64,000 nucleotides of DNA from Dictyostelium discoideum (GCA_000004695.1 CM000151.3:5856001-5920000), one strand, 5' to 3'. Positions 11,782 through 26,371 are shown, counted from the stretch's first letter. The notes: generated from the sequence alone by a model not told the origin. Numbers and translations are program-made.

Positions 11782-12741
11782 AATAAAAACAATAATAAAA
11801 TTAAAAAAACAAAAAAAAAAAATCAAATAATTTACATAATTAAATAATTATTATTATTAATCAATATTTGTTAATCCCCACAATCATTACACTCCTTCAA
11901 CTATTATGTTTTAACAACAAAAATAAATATATATTTATTTATTTATTTATTTAATTTAATTTAATTATTTAAAACAAAAAACAAAAAACAAAAAAAAAAA
12001 AAAAAAAAAAAAAAAACACCAAAAAAAAAAAAAAAAAAAAATAGAAATTAGATCTAATTATTTATTTATTTTCGTGTTCTTGCTTGTGCTAAATAGTGTG
12101 TTTGTGTGTGTGTGTTTTTTGTGTGATTTTGATTATTCTTGTTATATTATTTTTGTGCTCAATTTTAATTTTTCAAAAGGGTATTTTTAAATAAATGTAA
12201 GGGTTTTAAATTTAATTCGAATTAATAATTGTGATTTTGGTAATCCATTTAAATAGCTTGTGTGTTAGAGTGTGGTGTGTGTTTTATATGTAAGTAATAA
12301 TTAAAATTTAAAATACAAAATTTAAAATATACATATTTATTAATTGTATTGTACAATTTGATTTATTTATTTTTTTTTTTTTAAAATTTTATTTTATTTT
12401 AAAATTTTTTTTTTAATTTGTTTTATTTTTTTTTTTAATAAAAATAATAATAATAATAAAAATAATAATAATTTTGAACCTTAATATCAACAATTAAAAA
12501 AAATTTAATTATACATCATCACACTTTTTTTTTTTTTTTAAAAAATCTTGTTCAAACTTAATATTAATAATTATAATAAATATATCATTTATTTTATCTT
12601 TAGTTTTTTAGCTTAAAAAATAAATTTTGTAAATTAAGTAATTTGGGAAAAAAAAAAGATAATTATATTTTTGGATTACAAAAAAAAAGAGGATAAACAA
12701 ATATTTTTTTAATTTTTTTTTTTTTTTTTTATAAAAATAAA

Positions 12742-12786
12742 ATGTTAAAAGAAAGAAAAAAATCAACAGATGTAAGTTGATAATAA

Positions 12787-12881
<95 letters not shown>

Positions 12882-15800
12882 CAAAAATATTTTTGGTCAA
12901 GTATTAATTAATTTATTTTTTTTTGAAAAAAAAAAAAAAAAAAAAAAAAATAGAATGGTAAAGAAAGTAATAATAGTAGTACAAATTGTTATACATTATT
13001 TTTAAATGATTCGAAACAAACACATTCCCAAACTGGAAAGAAATTTCCAAAAAATTTTATTAGGACAACCAAATATACAATTTTATCATTTATTCCAAAG
13101 AATTTATTCGAACAATTTAGAAGATTATCAAATTTTTATTTCCTTTGTGTATTGATCATTCAATTAGTTCCACAAATCTCACCATTATTACCATTGACAA
13201 GTATTTTACCATTATCATTCGTATTAATTATAACGGCTACCAAAGAGGCATTAGAAGATTATAATCGTTATCAAAGTGATAAAAAAAACAATTTAGAACC
13301 ATATACTATAGTGAGAGATGCTAAATTGGAGACAATATCCTCTCAAGATATATGTGTTGGTGATATTATCCGTATTCAAAATGGACAACAAATTCCAGCT
13401 GATTTAGTACTAATTTCAACATCGCATGATGAAGGTCTTTGTTATGTTGAAACCAGTAATTTAGATGGTGAAACTAATTTAAAAGTACGTAAAGCATTAG
13501 GTGATACTAACAAACTATCGACAGCTGAAGATATCTCCCTTCTTCGTGGTAGTATAGTTTATGAAACTCCAAATGAACGTTTATACAGATTTAATGGTAG
13601 AATAGTTATTCAAGGTAAAGAAAATATAATTCATTCTTTAAATCATACTATGTTTTTACAAAGAGTAATATATTAAATATTCATATATTTTTATAATTAT
13701 TTAATTTTTTAATATTAATTATTTTTTCATTTTTATTTTTTTTTGAAAAAAAAGGGATCACAATTAAGAAATACAAAATTTATTTTTGGAGTTTGTGTTT
13801 ATGCTGGTGTTGATACAAAATTATTTTTAAATCAACAACCACCACCATCAAAATTTTCAACAGTTGAAAAATTATTAAACAAATTAATTTTATTTGTTTT
13901 TATATTTCAATTAATAGTTTGTTTATTATGTGCAGTTGCATCAGCATTTTATCAAGAGATAGTGGTTGAAGATATGTTATATTTGGGACCAACAGTTTCT
14001 TTATCAATTTATGGTGTTAGAAATTTTTTCACTTATTTTATTTTATTTAATACAATGATTCCAATTTCACTTTGGGTAACATTGGAGATGGTAAAAGTTG
14101 GACAAGCAAAGTTTATGGAATTTGATAGTTATATGCGTTCACAAGTACTAACAATTGATCCAGCAACTGGTGAAGAGAAAGAAGTTGAAAAAGGGTGTAA
14201 AGCAAAAACCTCAAATTTGAATGAGGATCTTGGTAGAATTCAACATATTTTTAGTGATAAAACAGGTACACTAACTGAAAATATTATGAGATTTTGTAAA
14301 TGTTCAATTGGTTCAGATATTTATGATGAGAGGGAGAGTTCTGGTAGTTTGGTTAGAGCATTGGATGCAAGTAGAGATTCATCTTCAAATCCAAAGATAT
14401 TAATAAATGGTACAAACAATACAAAGTTTCAAACTATTCAAAGTTTTCTTCGTATTCTTAGTCTTTGTCATACTGTGATTAGTGAAGTAGATGAGGCAAC
14501 TGGTAATATCACCTATCAATCACAATCACCAGATGAATTAGCATTGGTACATACTGCAAGTAATAATGGATTCGTGTTTTTGGATAGAAGAACTGATGAA
14601 ATCCTTTTAAGAGAGAATGGTGTAGATACTTCCTATGGTCTATTGGCAATTTTAGAGTTTTCATCAGCACGTCGTAGAATGTCAGTAATCGTTCGTACAC
14701 CTGAAGGTACAATTAAGCTATTAACAAAAGGTGCTGATATGTCAATCTCTTGTAGATTGTTAAATGATAAAGAAAGAAATGCAGCTCGTGATGAAACTCT
14801 TAATTTCTTAAAAAATTTCTCAAGAGATGGTTATCGTACACTAATGGTAGCTGAAAGAGATTTAACAGTTGAAGAATATGAAGATTGGAAACAACAATTC
14901 TTTCAAGCCTCAACTTCAATTGAAAATCGTGAAGAGAAAATTGAAGCCGTTTGTGAATTAATTGAAAAGGATCTATCATTGGTTGGTACGACTGCAATTG
15001 AAGATAAATTACAAAATCAAGTACCGGAAACTATTAGTTATCTATTGAATGCAGGTTTACATATTTGGGTATTGACCGGTGATAAACAAGAAACCGCTGT
15101 AAACATTGGTTACTCATGTCGTCTATTTGATCCAGCTATGGAATTGATTTTCGTCAATACTGAATCCTCGGAAGAGTGTGGTTTAATTCTTGATAGATAT
15201 ATTGCATTGTTACCACCAGAGAATGAAAATGAAGATGTTAAAGATACCCAAACCTATGGTCAACAACAAATGCAACAAGGCATGAATGGAGCCACGCCTG
15301 GAATTATGAATATGATTAGCAATAGCTTGCAATCTGGTTCTGGTAATAAAACTCCAATCATTGATATTATCATTCCAACATTGGCGGTTGAATATGGTTT
15401 AGTAATTGATGGCCATACATTGACCTTTGCATTGAATGACCATAAAGAGAAATTCCTTCGTTTAGGTAGAGCTTGTAAATCTGTAATTTGTTGTAGAACT
15501 ACACCACTTCAAAAAGCACTAGTTGTAAGAGTTGTAAAACAAAGTGAAAAAAAGATTTCTTTGGCAATTGGTGATGGTGCAAATGATGTATCGATGATTC
15601 AAGAAGCTCATGTTGGTATCGGTATATTTGGTAAAGAAGGTACTCAAGCTGCCCGTGCTTCAGATTATTGCATTCATCAATTTAGTCATTTAAAGAGACT
15701 ACTTTGTGTACATGGCCGTTATTCTTACATTAGAGTATCTGGTTTAATTCAATATTCTTTCTATAAAAACATGAGTTTCACTCTTTGTTTACTTTGGTTC

Positions 15801-16573
15801 TCATTTAGTAGTCTTTTCACTGGTCAAACTATATTTGATTCTTGGATTATCACTTTCTATAACATTCTTTTCACATCTTTACCACCATTCTTTTATGGTC
15901 TCTTTGAAAAGGATATTGATGAAGAAAGTATTATGGAAAATCCAAATCTCTATAAAAGTATACAACAAAGTCAAATCCTAAGTAAAAAATCATTTTTCGT
16001 TTGGAATCTATTAGGTTTATGGCATTCATTAGTAACTTTCTTTGGTGTAAAATTATTGTTTGTAAATGATGTCATGTCTTCAAATGGTCATGTTGCTGGT
16101 ATTTGGACTTTAGGTACTTTGGTATCAACTGCTTCAATTTTAACTGTAAATGTAAGAATGGCAATTGAAACAAAACTTTGGAATTATATTTCATTAGTTG
16201 GTATGATAATATCTTTAGCTGCTTACTTTATAATGTTAGTACTTTATGCTTTCTTTTTACCTTTAAATTCAAATATGTATGATATATTTTGTAAGTATTT
16301 CTTATTATATCTTTTTAATAAAAAAAAATAATAATAATTCCCTTTATTAATTTAAATTTATTTATTTATTTAGCATCTCAATTAGAAACTGGCTCATATT
16401 ATTTTACAATTATTGTTATTATTATTGTTGCTATCTTCCCCGATTTCTGCATAAAATATTATAGTAGAATGTATGCACCAAAAGATACTCAATTAGAAAA
16501 AGAAAGAAAAGGATTAAAAGGTGTTAAAGAATATCAAAGAGAAATGAAAGAATTTAATAATCAAAGAGCTTAA
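12742..16573 (+). CDS. P4-type ATPase (phospholipid-transporting flippase); 4 exons at about 12742..12771, 12954..13664, 13755..16290, 16374..16573 (about 1158 aa)
   Basis: Exon 2 reads ..[61 protein letters not shown].. Exon 3 reads [36 protein letters not shown].. (P-type phosphorylation motif DKTGTLT), ..TGDKQETA.., and ..[19 protein letters not shown].. The micro-exon 1 is [10 protein letters not shown] with a GTAAGT donor. Intron 1 carries (ATT)n. Donors GTAATA and GTAAGT, with phases consistent. The last exon runs [15 protein letters not shown]...EFNNQRA*. Confidence 0.85.
12786..12880. repeat. (ATT)n microsatellite of about 31 units in intron 1 of the P4-ATPase gene
   Basis: Direct reading. 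Confidence 0.9.
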
Positions 16574-16635
16574 TTTAATTTATATAATATAAAATATTTA
16601 AAAAAAAAAAAAAAAAAAAAAAAATTAAAATAAAG

Positions 16636-16668
<33 letters not shown>

Positions 16669-16793
16669 ATTAATTATTATAATTTTATTATTTTTATTTT
16701 ATTATTTTTATTATTATTATTAGTCAAAATTAATTGTTAATAATATCATTTATTTAATTTTTATTTTTTTTTATTTCAATTTTAATTTTAATT

Positions 16794-19615
16794 TTAATCA
16801 GTTGATTTTTTTGATTTTCTTAAATAATGATAATTATTTTGTAATTTTTTAGTTAAAACTTTTTTACCAGTTTCACCTGATAAAAGTAATAATAATAAAA
16901 GCATACCAATTAAAACTAAACCAATCATTGGTAATAAAGTTGAATAAGTACCTTTTTCAGTTACAAAAATATGATATCCACTTAGAGTAGTGATTAAGAA
17001 ATCATTTATACCATCATTATTAAAATCTGCTACGACTGGTGGTGCTGTGATTGGATCACTTTCACCAGCATTCCAAATTTGTTGATCAACTAAAATCTCA
17101 CCATTTTCATTTAATATTACCATTGATTGTTCACCAATTGCTAAAATGAATGGTTGAGTTGATTGAATATCAAATGAAAATACTTGTAATGATGGGAAAG
17201 TTCTTGGTTCCAAATGTTTACTCCAATGAATTCCAGTATCAACTCTCCAAATCTTTTTACCACCAAAAGATGCAGTATCGAAACAACTAATTAAACCAGT
17301 ATTAACCATAAACAATGTTGATAATCTATCACTGTTACTTGATCTAAAGAATACTGGTGGTACAGTTTGAATCTCTTTTTCACTCTTTGACATTGTTGAT
17401 GATGATTTTTGATTTTTTAATAACTTATCATCTGCCATCTTTTTCTTTTTTGGTTTTTGTTGTTTTTGTTGTTTTTGTTTCATTTTATTTTCTTCTAAAA
17501 TACCTGCATCTTGTTCTTCCTCTTCCTCCTCCCCCTCTGTGTCATCACCAAGACCAACACCTTCATGTTCAGTATTTCTTTTATTAAGATTTGAATCTTT
17601 CCATAAATAATAATCCATATTAAATATTTGACCACCACAGATTTTTAAATCAAATAAAGTTTCTTTTGGTGGTAAACCTGATAAAGCCAAGCCAACACAA
17701 TAAGAATCTTCATTATTATCATCACCAATATTTTTATTTTTTTTATTACGACCTAATTGACTATTTTTAAAATTGCCAGCATAAGATCTAACTTGGTCTA
17801 AAACACCATCACCATTTAAATCTAAATATACAATATATCTATTACTATCTGTATAGAAATCTGTACCATCTAATACTAATTTACATAAGGTTTTACCACT
17901 AACTATATGTATAACTTCAATGCCATATTTATGATGTGTAACTATAACATTTGGATTCTCTATATGTTGACTTTTAAATGAAATTTGATCTTTTTTTGAT
18001 AATATTGAAAATGTATCAAAATTCTTTGAATAAAATTCAATCACTTATAAATAAAATATATATATATTAATAAATAAATCTAAATTAAATATATAATATA
18101 TTAAAAATCATATATCTATTTACTTTCATTATTTAATGTATTTGATGAACCAATTAAACCATTTATAACATTTGTACCATCATTATTTGTAGTACCTCTA
18201 ATTGTATTTATTTTCTTTTCAAAATGTCTTGGTTCAAGTTTTGTATCAAAATTACTTGACCATTTGTGTGGTAATGATGCTAAAATTGAATCTCTATAAG
18301 TTTTCCAATCGACTTCACCTAAATGTTCTAATTGACTAAAAATATGTTGTTTAAAACTATGCAATGATATATCCTAAAAATTAAAATTATTTAAAATTAA
18401 TATTAATTAATTATTAAATATAAATAAATAAATAAATAAAAATGAAATTTACAGAATCTTTTTTATGTTCTTCAGTTGTATGTGGATTTTCAGGTTTGAA
18501 ATCATTTTCTTCATGACTCCATCTTTTATAACCATCTTTACAATCATATGAAAAATAAGAGAAATGATTTTCTTCACGATGAGCTGTAAAACTATCATGG
18601 TCATCATCTCTTTTATGGTCATGATCTTTATCAGTTTCAACTTTTTCTCCAAACATTGGTATACTATAATGTGGTTTATGAATTACACCTGGTAATGGTT
18701 CCATTCTTCCACCAATAATTACAATACCTTTATCATCTGGTATTGTTGTTGGTAAAATTGTAATTGATATTTCACTTTATTTATATTTTTTTTTTTTTTG
18801 GAAATAAAATAATATTAATTAGTTAAATGGTAATTTGATGAATAAATATTAAATAAATATTTAAATATATATTAATATATATATATATATTTACGATTGA
18901 TAATGACCAGGTAAAACTTCATCAGAAGCATAACTTTCCCATAATTTTTTTAATTTATTATCAAAACATAATACTGCCCAACCATCTGTAACTACTACTA
19001 TAATTTGTTGTCTCCTTTCACCCGGAATTGAATGTTTTGCATAACCAGTTTTAATTGCAATTGGTCTTCTACCAGTTGCTAAACCAACATCCGATAATAA
19101 TGATGATTCATATAAAACTGGTAATTCAAGTAAACTATTTTGGTCATTATCATTTTCATTTTCATTTTCATTTTCATTTACATTTACACCAAATCTAAAT
19201 TTCTCTATATTATTTGGTGTAACTGTATCTAAAATTCGGATTTTAAAATCATTTGTAACATATATAATTTCTAACAATAGAAACTTAAAATAGAAAATAA
19301 AAATAAAAAAATAAAAACCAATGAAAACCAATGAAAAAAATAATATCGATTTGTTAATATAAATAAACAATCAATTTTTGGGAAAAATTAAATATAAAGT
19401 TTTTTTTTTTTTACCATTGAACCCATCTCCATTTAAATCTGTAATAATTGGTAATGGTAAAAATTCATTTATTTTTGGATAATGAGAATTTTCATAATTG
19501 TTTGTATCAATTGGTATTTCTAATAACAAGTTTAATTTATAATCTTTTTGTCTATACAAAGAAATAAATACAACTAAAATACTAACTAATAATAACCATG
19601 TATCTCTTTTTCTCA

Positions 19616-19616
<1 letters not shown>
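16794..19616 (-). CDS. FG-GAP repeat type I membrane protein (signal peptide, beta-propeller-like FG-GAP/Ca-binding DxNxDG motifs, C-terminal TM; ITFG1/TIP-like); 5 exons at about c(19415..19616), c(18895..19270), c(18453..18774), c(18124..18373), c(16794..18043)
   Basis: Five track ORFs on the same strand link through GTAAAA/GTAAAT donors and AG acceptors with consistent phases. Motifs are DLNGDGFNG, DLNGDGVLD and DFNNDGINDF. The N-terminus MRKRDTWLLLVSILVVFISLY is signal-like. The C-terminal TM is LLPMIGLVLIGMLLLLLLL, followed by a basic tail. Confidence 0.6.
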
Positions 19617-19652
<36 letters not shown>

Positions 19653-19885
19653 TGTGTTATATTAATTTTTGAAATATGGTTTAATTTAAAAAAAAAAAAA
19701 AAAAAAAATTAAAAAAATTAAAAAAAAAAAAAGAAAAAAAAAAAAATGAAATTTTCAAAAAGTTGTTTTGTGATGATGATCACGATGTTATATTTCATTT
19801 TTATTTTTTAATTATTGATTAATATTAAAATTTTAAAAAAAATAAAATTCTGTGGGGCATCAATATCATAAAATCATTGTTCATA

Positions 19886-19924
<39 letters not shown>

Positions 19925-20029
19925 ACTTTCCAAAATTTATTTGGTTCCTTTAAAACTTCAATTCTCAAACCATACATTTTTGAATTTGTTTTTTTAAGAT
20001 TAATTTATTATTTTTTTATTTTATTTTTT

Positions 20030-20069
<40 letters not shown>

Positions 20070-20510
20070 GTATTTCTTTAAAGATAGATATTAGAAAGAA
20101 AATAAAAAATAACAATAAAATAATAATAATAAAATAAAATTAATATAAATAAAATAAAACAAAACAAAACAAAATAAATTAAACGATCAAAAGTAAAAAA
20201 AAAAAAAAATTTGTAAAATTAAAATAGTCAAACAATTGCTTGATCAAAAAATAAAAATAAAAATGAAAAAAAAAAAAAAAAATGGTAAAAATAAAATAAA
20301 AAAGAAAAAACCGAATTTCGAAGACGAAAGAAAAATAATGCCGGGCAATTATTTTTAATATGGTAGGATTTTTTTTTTTGAAAAAAGTTTTTTTTTTTTT
20401 TAATTTTTTTTTTTTTTTTTTCGACTCTCGCCGTGCAAAATTTTTTTGACGCCCAAATTTTTTTTTTTTCTCTTTTGTTTTCTCAGCCAATTTTTTAAAA
20501 CAGATACATA

Positions 20511-21654
20511 ATGTTCCAAAAGGTATTACACTTTTTTTTATTTATTTGTACTTTTTTTTTTAAAAAAAAAAAAAAAAATATAAAATAATAAAATAATTAA
20601 AATAACAATAATAATAAAAAATAAAAATATAATAAATAATAAACAAAAAAAAATAAATAATAAAAAAAATAAAAACGATCAATTTTTTTTTTTTTTTTTC
20701 TTCACCACACCACACTCAATATTTAGCAAAAAAAAAAAAAAAAAAAGAAAGATGGAGATGATCACTTTATTTTTTTCTTGTAAACAAATAAATTAAAGTT
20801 GGACGATGAAATGAATTAAAATACGAAAAAAAAAAAAAAAAAAAAATTAGAGCATTAAAAAAAAAATATATATATATATATATATGAGAGAACAGGTTAT
20901 TATTGATAAATTTATGATAGGTTATGCAAAATTTCAAAATAAACCTATGTTGGATTTTTTCAAAAATAATAATAAAATGCCGAAAAAAAAATATAAGAAT
21001 AATCATATAAATTTTCACACCAACTCTAAATAATCAAAAAAAAAAACGAATAAAAAAAAAACTAATTCAAAAATTTATTTTTTTATTTTAAAAACAAAAT
21101 AGAAAGCAATTGTTATTGATGGCAAAGGTCATTTGTTAGGTCGTTTAGCCTCCGTTGTTGCTAAATCCCTCCTCTCTGGTCAAAAGATCGTTGTTGTCCG
21201 TTGTGAAGAGCTCAACATCTCAGGTCCATTATCACGTAACAAATTAAAATGGGCTGATTTCCTCAACTTAACCATGAACACCAATCACGCTCGTGGTCAC
21301 AGACACGGTAGATCACCATCAAAGATCTTCTGGAGAGCTGTCAGAGGTATGTTACCACACAAAACCCCACGTGGTCAAGCTGCCCTCGATAACATGAAAG
21401 TTTTCGAAGGTGTCCCAGCCCCATACGATAAAGTCAAGAGAGTTGTTGTCCCATCTGCTCTCCGTGTTGTCAAATTAAACACCACCCGTAAATACACCGT
21501 CTTATCTCGTTTATCCCAAGAAGTCGGTTGGAAATACAGAGCTGTTGTTGCCAAATTAGAAGTCCAAAGAAAACAAAGATCTTCAACTTATTACCGTAAA
21601 GCTGCTTTAGTCAAAGCCTACAGAACTCAAGCCTTAAAGAAATTCTCTGCTTAA
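20511..21654 (+). CDS. rpl13a: 60S ribosomal protein L13a (uL13); exon 1 at 20511..20522 (MFQK), an intron of about 580 bp, and exon 2 at 21103..21654
   Basis: Exon 2 ([41 protein letters not shown]...[41 protein letters not shown]..) is colinear with eukaryotic L13a. An in-frame TAG sits immediately upstream of the acceptor, so an upstream exon is required. ATGTTCCAAAAG|GTATTA is in phase 0. Confidence 0.85.
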
Positions 21655-21841
21655 ATTAAAAATCTTGAAACATAATAAATGATTTTTTGCTTTAAAAAAA
21701 ATAACAATTATATAAAAAAAAAAAAAAAAAAAATTTTAAAAAAAATAACTATGGTTTTAAAAGATTTATTTATTTTATTATAATTTTTTTTTTTATAATA
21801 TTCTTTAATTATTATTATTATTATTATTTTTTTTTTTTTTT

Positions 21842-24618
21842 TTAATATCTTGAAATTGAATTTGATCTTGAGGATGATGTTTGTTGTGGTATTATAAATT
21901 GTGGTTGAGTTAATTGACGAGTTAATTGTCTTCGTTGGTCAACTTGTTTTGGAGCACCTGAAGGTAAAACTCTTTTAATATTTTTCTTTTTATGAAATAG
22001 AATAGCGAAATGAATATAAATTGAGCCGATTGCAAATGCAATTATTATAGTGGTAATGATAATCATTGAATCTGCAGTAGGGGAGGTTGAGTCGAATTGA
22101 ATCCATGGAGTTAAATAGGAAAAAGCATATCCACCACCACTTTTACCAGCAATAGTAATATTTATAAACATTATTTGATTCAATAGATGTTTGTCTGCGG
22201 TGGGTGGTAGTGTACATGCGATTGCATTTGAAGATATGAATTTACTATCAATACATTGAACAGGACCAATATGAATATTATCGATTATATCATAAAAACA
22301 ATCACCAAAAATAACCAATTCACCACCATCTAAATATAAAGAATTTGAAGCCAATGCTATTGGTTGTTGAAATGAAACATAAACTGGTATATTGGTTTTA
22401 TTTTCAAAAGTGAGTGTACAAAATTGATCATAAGGTCCATCTAATTGAACTGGGCAAGAGATGGTTTTATAATCAATTAAATTACATTTAGGGAATGTCT
22501 TATTCCCACATTCGATTGATACTACACCACTTGATGCAAAGAATTTACCATTTACAATTACAGCATCATTTGGACTGTTATTATGAAATCCTTCAGCAAC
22601 ATTTGAAAAGTAAACCGCATTTATAATATAAAATGTATCTGCACTATCACCACATGAATTGATAGTTAAATGACCACTAACATAATTATCATAGGTATAG
22701 AATGTGAATTCAGTATCGGTTATATTGATTGGTGTAATGGTTGAGTTTGAAAATTGAATAATAACTTGCTTATCAAAGTAAGATCCACCAAAATTTGTAC
22801 CAGTACATAAGGTAATATTAGTCTCTGGTGAGTATGTACAATTTGCATAGCTTGGTTGTAGTGATGTAACGGTGCCATTATAAGTTTGATTTCCAATTTC
22901 ATATTGTAGAGATTGAACACCACAGACGCCGGGGAAATTATTGAAAATATAGGTTGAGCTTCCATCATCTTTTAATTCTTTGGAGTTATCATCACCAACA
23001 AAGGTTTCACCATTGATTGTAATTTTTGGGTTTATACTATCCAAACTTTGGAAATAATATTTAAAATGTGTTGCATGAGGAGAGTTTAAAATTGCATCAC
23101 TGGGTGTAACATAAAGTTGTAATGGGATATAATATCCAGCAGTATAACCATATGCCTTAACTTGAACAAGAGTTTCACCTGCATAGTTTCCAGGAATCAC
23201 AAAAATAATAGAAGTTTCATAAGTATTTACTTGATAAGAGGTTACCGAAGATGTTCCTCCGATTACAATTTCTGTTTTATTATCACTACCAAAACAATCA
23301 CCATACAATGTTATGATGTTTGTATTTTGTGTTGATTTTATAATTGAAATTTCATTATAATTAAAGGTAATATTATTTGATGACATGATATTACCCACCA
23401 CAACGCTTAATTGAATTGGTTTTTCATAGCCAGGTTGAAGATCACATAAAATATAGGATGGAGTAGAAGCAGTGACATTCCAACTACTCTCAAAACTTAG
23501 AATAGTATTATGTTGAATACCTGGTGGTGTAGTTAATCTTATACCTTTGATGGTTATTTTTCCACCAATTGCGCCTGGTACAGAGTTTACATTATATAAA
23601 ATGGGTGAAAATATTATTGCTTGATTTACTAGTGTTTGTACATTTGAACCAAATGTTACAGAGAAATATAATATCTCACAATATAAAACTTGACTAACAT
23701 CAAGTTCAATAGAGGTTGATTTAATTTTAACTTTGTCTGTTTGTAATACACCACCAAGATAAACTGATAGTATTGAATTGGTTTTATTACAAAAGTTTGA
23801 ACCATTTATAATAATATTATACCCATCAAATGATAATGTACTGGGTGTAACTGTTGGTGCTATATAATTGAATGATAATGGTTTTGATCCACTTGGCCAT
23901 TTAATTGAATCTTGACCACAACCTGATGGAATATTTATAATCATTTGAGTTGGATCCAAATGAATTGGTGAATTGAAATTTGCTATACCACCACTTGAAA
24001 GTTGAAAATAATTTGAATCATTACCAACTATAAATATAATAAATGAACCAACCAATGTTATTGATGTACCATCTACTGGAATTGAAGGTATTGTTGAGTT
24101 TATAATTGGTGTTGGATAATGTGATGGTTGTAATATTCCTTGACATTTTTCAGTACTACTGCCATCCATATAACATGGCATACCACTTATACCATATAAT
24201 TCATTCATTGGTGGTGTTCCATTATTTGTATATGTACAGCTTTTTATTGTTGCATTATTCGTACATTGAAAACTCATTTCAGTTATATTACCATCTGCTT
24301 TTGTTATTTCCCATTTTGTATAATAATTTGGATCATTTAAATCCCAATCAAATGTAATTGAATTTTCTGTATTTCTAAATCCTAAAAATAAAAAAAAAAT
24401 TTTAAAAAAAAATTAAAAAAATATAACATTTAATTAATAAATTGTTTTTATTTATTTATTTTTTTTTTTAATGTTATTATCAAAAAAAAAAAAAAAAAAA
24501 AGTCTAAAAAAAAGTCTAAAAAAAAAAACAATTAAAATTTACCTTTTGGAAAAAATGTTTGACAAAATATTGGCACAATAGTAAAAACTATTAAAAAAAA
24601 TGAAAATTTTAAATTCAT
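21842..24618 (-). CDS. Type I membrane glycoprotein with repeated IPT/TIG-like beta-sandwich modules (Tgr/tiger-family-like); exons at c(24543..24618) and c(21842..24381)
   Basis: Exon 1 (MNLKFSFFLIVFTIVPIFCQTFFPK) is a signal peptide, ending at a GTAAAT donor in phase 1. Exon 2 continues in frame (G FRNTENSITFDWDLNDPNYY...) for about 845 codons, with many N-glycosylation sequons and Cys pairs. The C-terminal TM is IITTIIIAFAIGSIYIHFAILF, followed by a basic cytoplasmic tail. Confidence 0.55.
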
Positions 24619-24698
24619 TTAATTTATAACATATATAAAATAAAATAAAATAAATAAATAAATATTACAATGTTTTTCACAAGACTTTTTTTTATGTG

Positions 24699-24759
<61 letters not shown>

Positions 24760-25214
24760 TTGTTACTACTTCTAAATTAAAATATTAACTACCCTTAAAA
24801 AAAGAAAAAAAGAAAAAAAAAAATTAAAAAAATAAAATTAAACAAAATAAATAATTTCAATCAAACCACAAAAATTTTCCCACACCAAAACACACAAAAA
24901 CCTAAAATTAACTAAAAATCTTTTTTTTTACCACAGCGGTTAGGGGTTTGTGTTGTATTTTTTTAAATACATTAAATTTTTATATTATTATTTTTATTAT
25001 TTTATTTTCTATTTTTTTTTGATTTTGATTTTGTAGTTTTATATCACATTTTCTTTTTTTAAATTTTTTAATTTTTTTAATTTTTTTATATCCTAAAAAT
25101 TTTTTTAAACTAAAAACTGGTTCAACCTTTAAATTAGATGATTGAATTTATTCGTACAATTAATACATTTAACCACATTCACCTAAATTTCACACATTGA
25201 TACCTTAATGCTTT

Positions 25215-25265
<51 letters not shown>

Positions 25266-25475
25266 TTTCCAAAAATATAAAAAATTCTATTTTTAGAATT
25301 TTCATACATGTGACATAATTTCATCAAGATTCGATCGATCTTAAAATGAATTAATTTTTTTTTTTTTTTTTTATAAAAACATTAGTAACTATTTAATTTT
25401 ACCAACTTCGAGTATAATATTAAATATTTTAAAACACACAGATATCAGTTTTTAAAACAATTTTACTATCTATCT

Positions 25476-26177
25476 TTATTTTTTTTTATAAAAAAAGAAT
25501 CCCATTGTTATTTTATTGTATTTAGAACATGGTTGTCTTGAAGTTTGGTCATCTCCATCTGAGTAATAAATCCTATTTCCATTTAGTTGGCAACCACCAT
25601 TAGAATGATATTTATATTTCGTTTGTTTGAGTTCACCAACAAGTCCTATAATAAGTTTACCATCATACCTTTTTAATCCAACCAACTGATCATTGGTGTT
25701 ACTAGGAGTCAATATTTCTCTATAAAATATTTTCACATATGTTTCATAACCTTGATTATAATATTCTGAAAGATCACCCATTAAAGTAACCCAATCTCTT
25801 TCACAATTTACATACAGTTCATGTAAAACACGTCTGATTTGATCATAATCATTGAATCGATTGATAATATTACATGATTTATTTGTAGGGTGTATAACAT
25901 TGTTGTTCGTCTCCCTTAACTTTTGTTCTAAATTAATATAAGCATCAGTATCAACATCAGAAGGTTCCTCTTGGTTATTACTCTTATTGTTGTTTTTATT
26001 TTGTTCATTTAAATAATATTTATCATATAAATCCTTAATATTTGGAATTTCCATTTTCTTTTCATTATAAAAAACCTTAATTAAAGAAAATGTCAATATG
26101 GCTTGATTTTCATATATGTTATATTGAGATGGATGGTGACTCGACATAACCAAAACCTTATTTTTTTCGAAACACAT
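25476..26177 (-). CDS. Hypothetical protein (233-aa ORF); intact member of a tandemly duplicated unit, with uncertain 5' structure
   Basis: The ORF is non-repetitive with ordinary coding composition (..RRVLHELYVNCERDWVTLMGDLSEYYNQGYETYVKIFYREIL..GLKRYDGKLIIGLVGELKQTKYKYHSNGGCQLNGNRIYYSDGDDQ..). A degenerate, frameshifted copy of its 3' half lies at 27760-27925. Confidence 0.45.
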   Translation of the reverse strand: MCFEKNKVLVMSSHHPSQYNIYENQAILTFSLIKVFYNEKKMEIPNIKDLYDKYYLNEQNKNNNKSNNQEEPSDVDTDAYINLEQKLRETNNNVIHPTNKSCNIINRFNDYDQIRRVLHELYVNCERDWVTLMGDLSEYYNQGYETYVKIFYREILTPSNTNDQLVGLKRYDGKLIIGLVGELKQTKYKYHSNGGCQLNGNRIYYSDGDDQTSRQPCSKYNKITMGFFFYKKK

Positions 26178-26218
26178 AATAAATGATGGGAAACCTAAAC
26201 CTGTTTTTTTATTATAGT

Positions 26219-26285
26219 TTATATTATTCTCTTTGCTATTGGTCTTTCTTCAAGTTGTGATTTATCAATTGATAAACTATTAATA

Positions 26286-26371
<86 letters not shown>

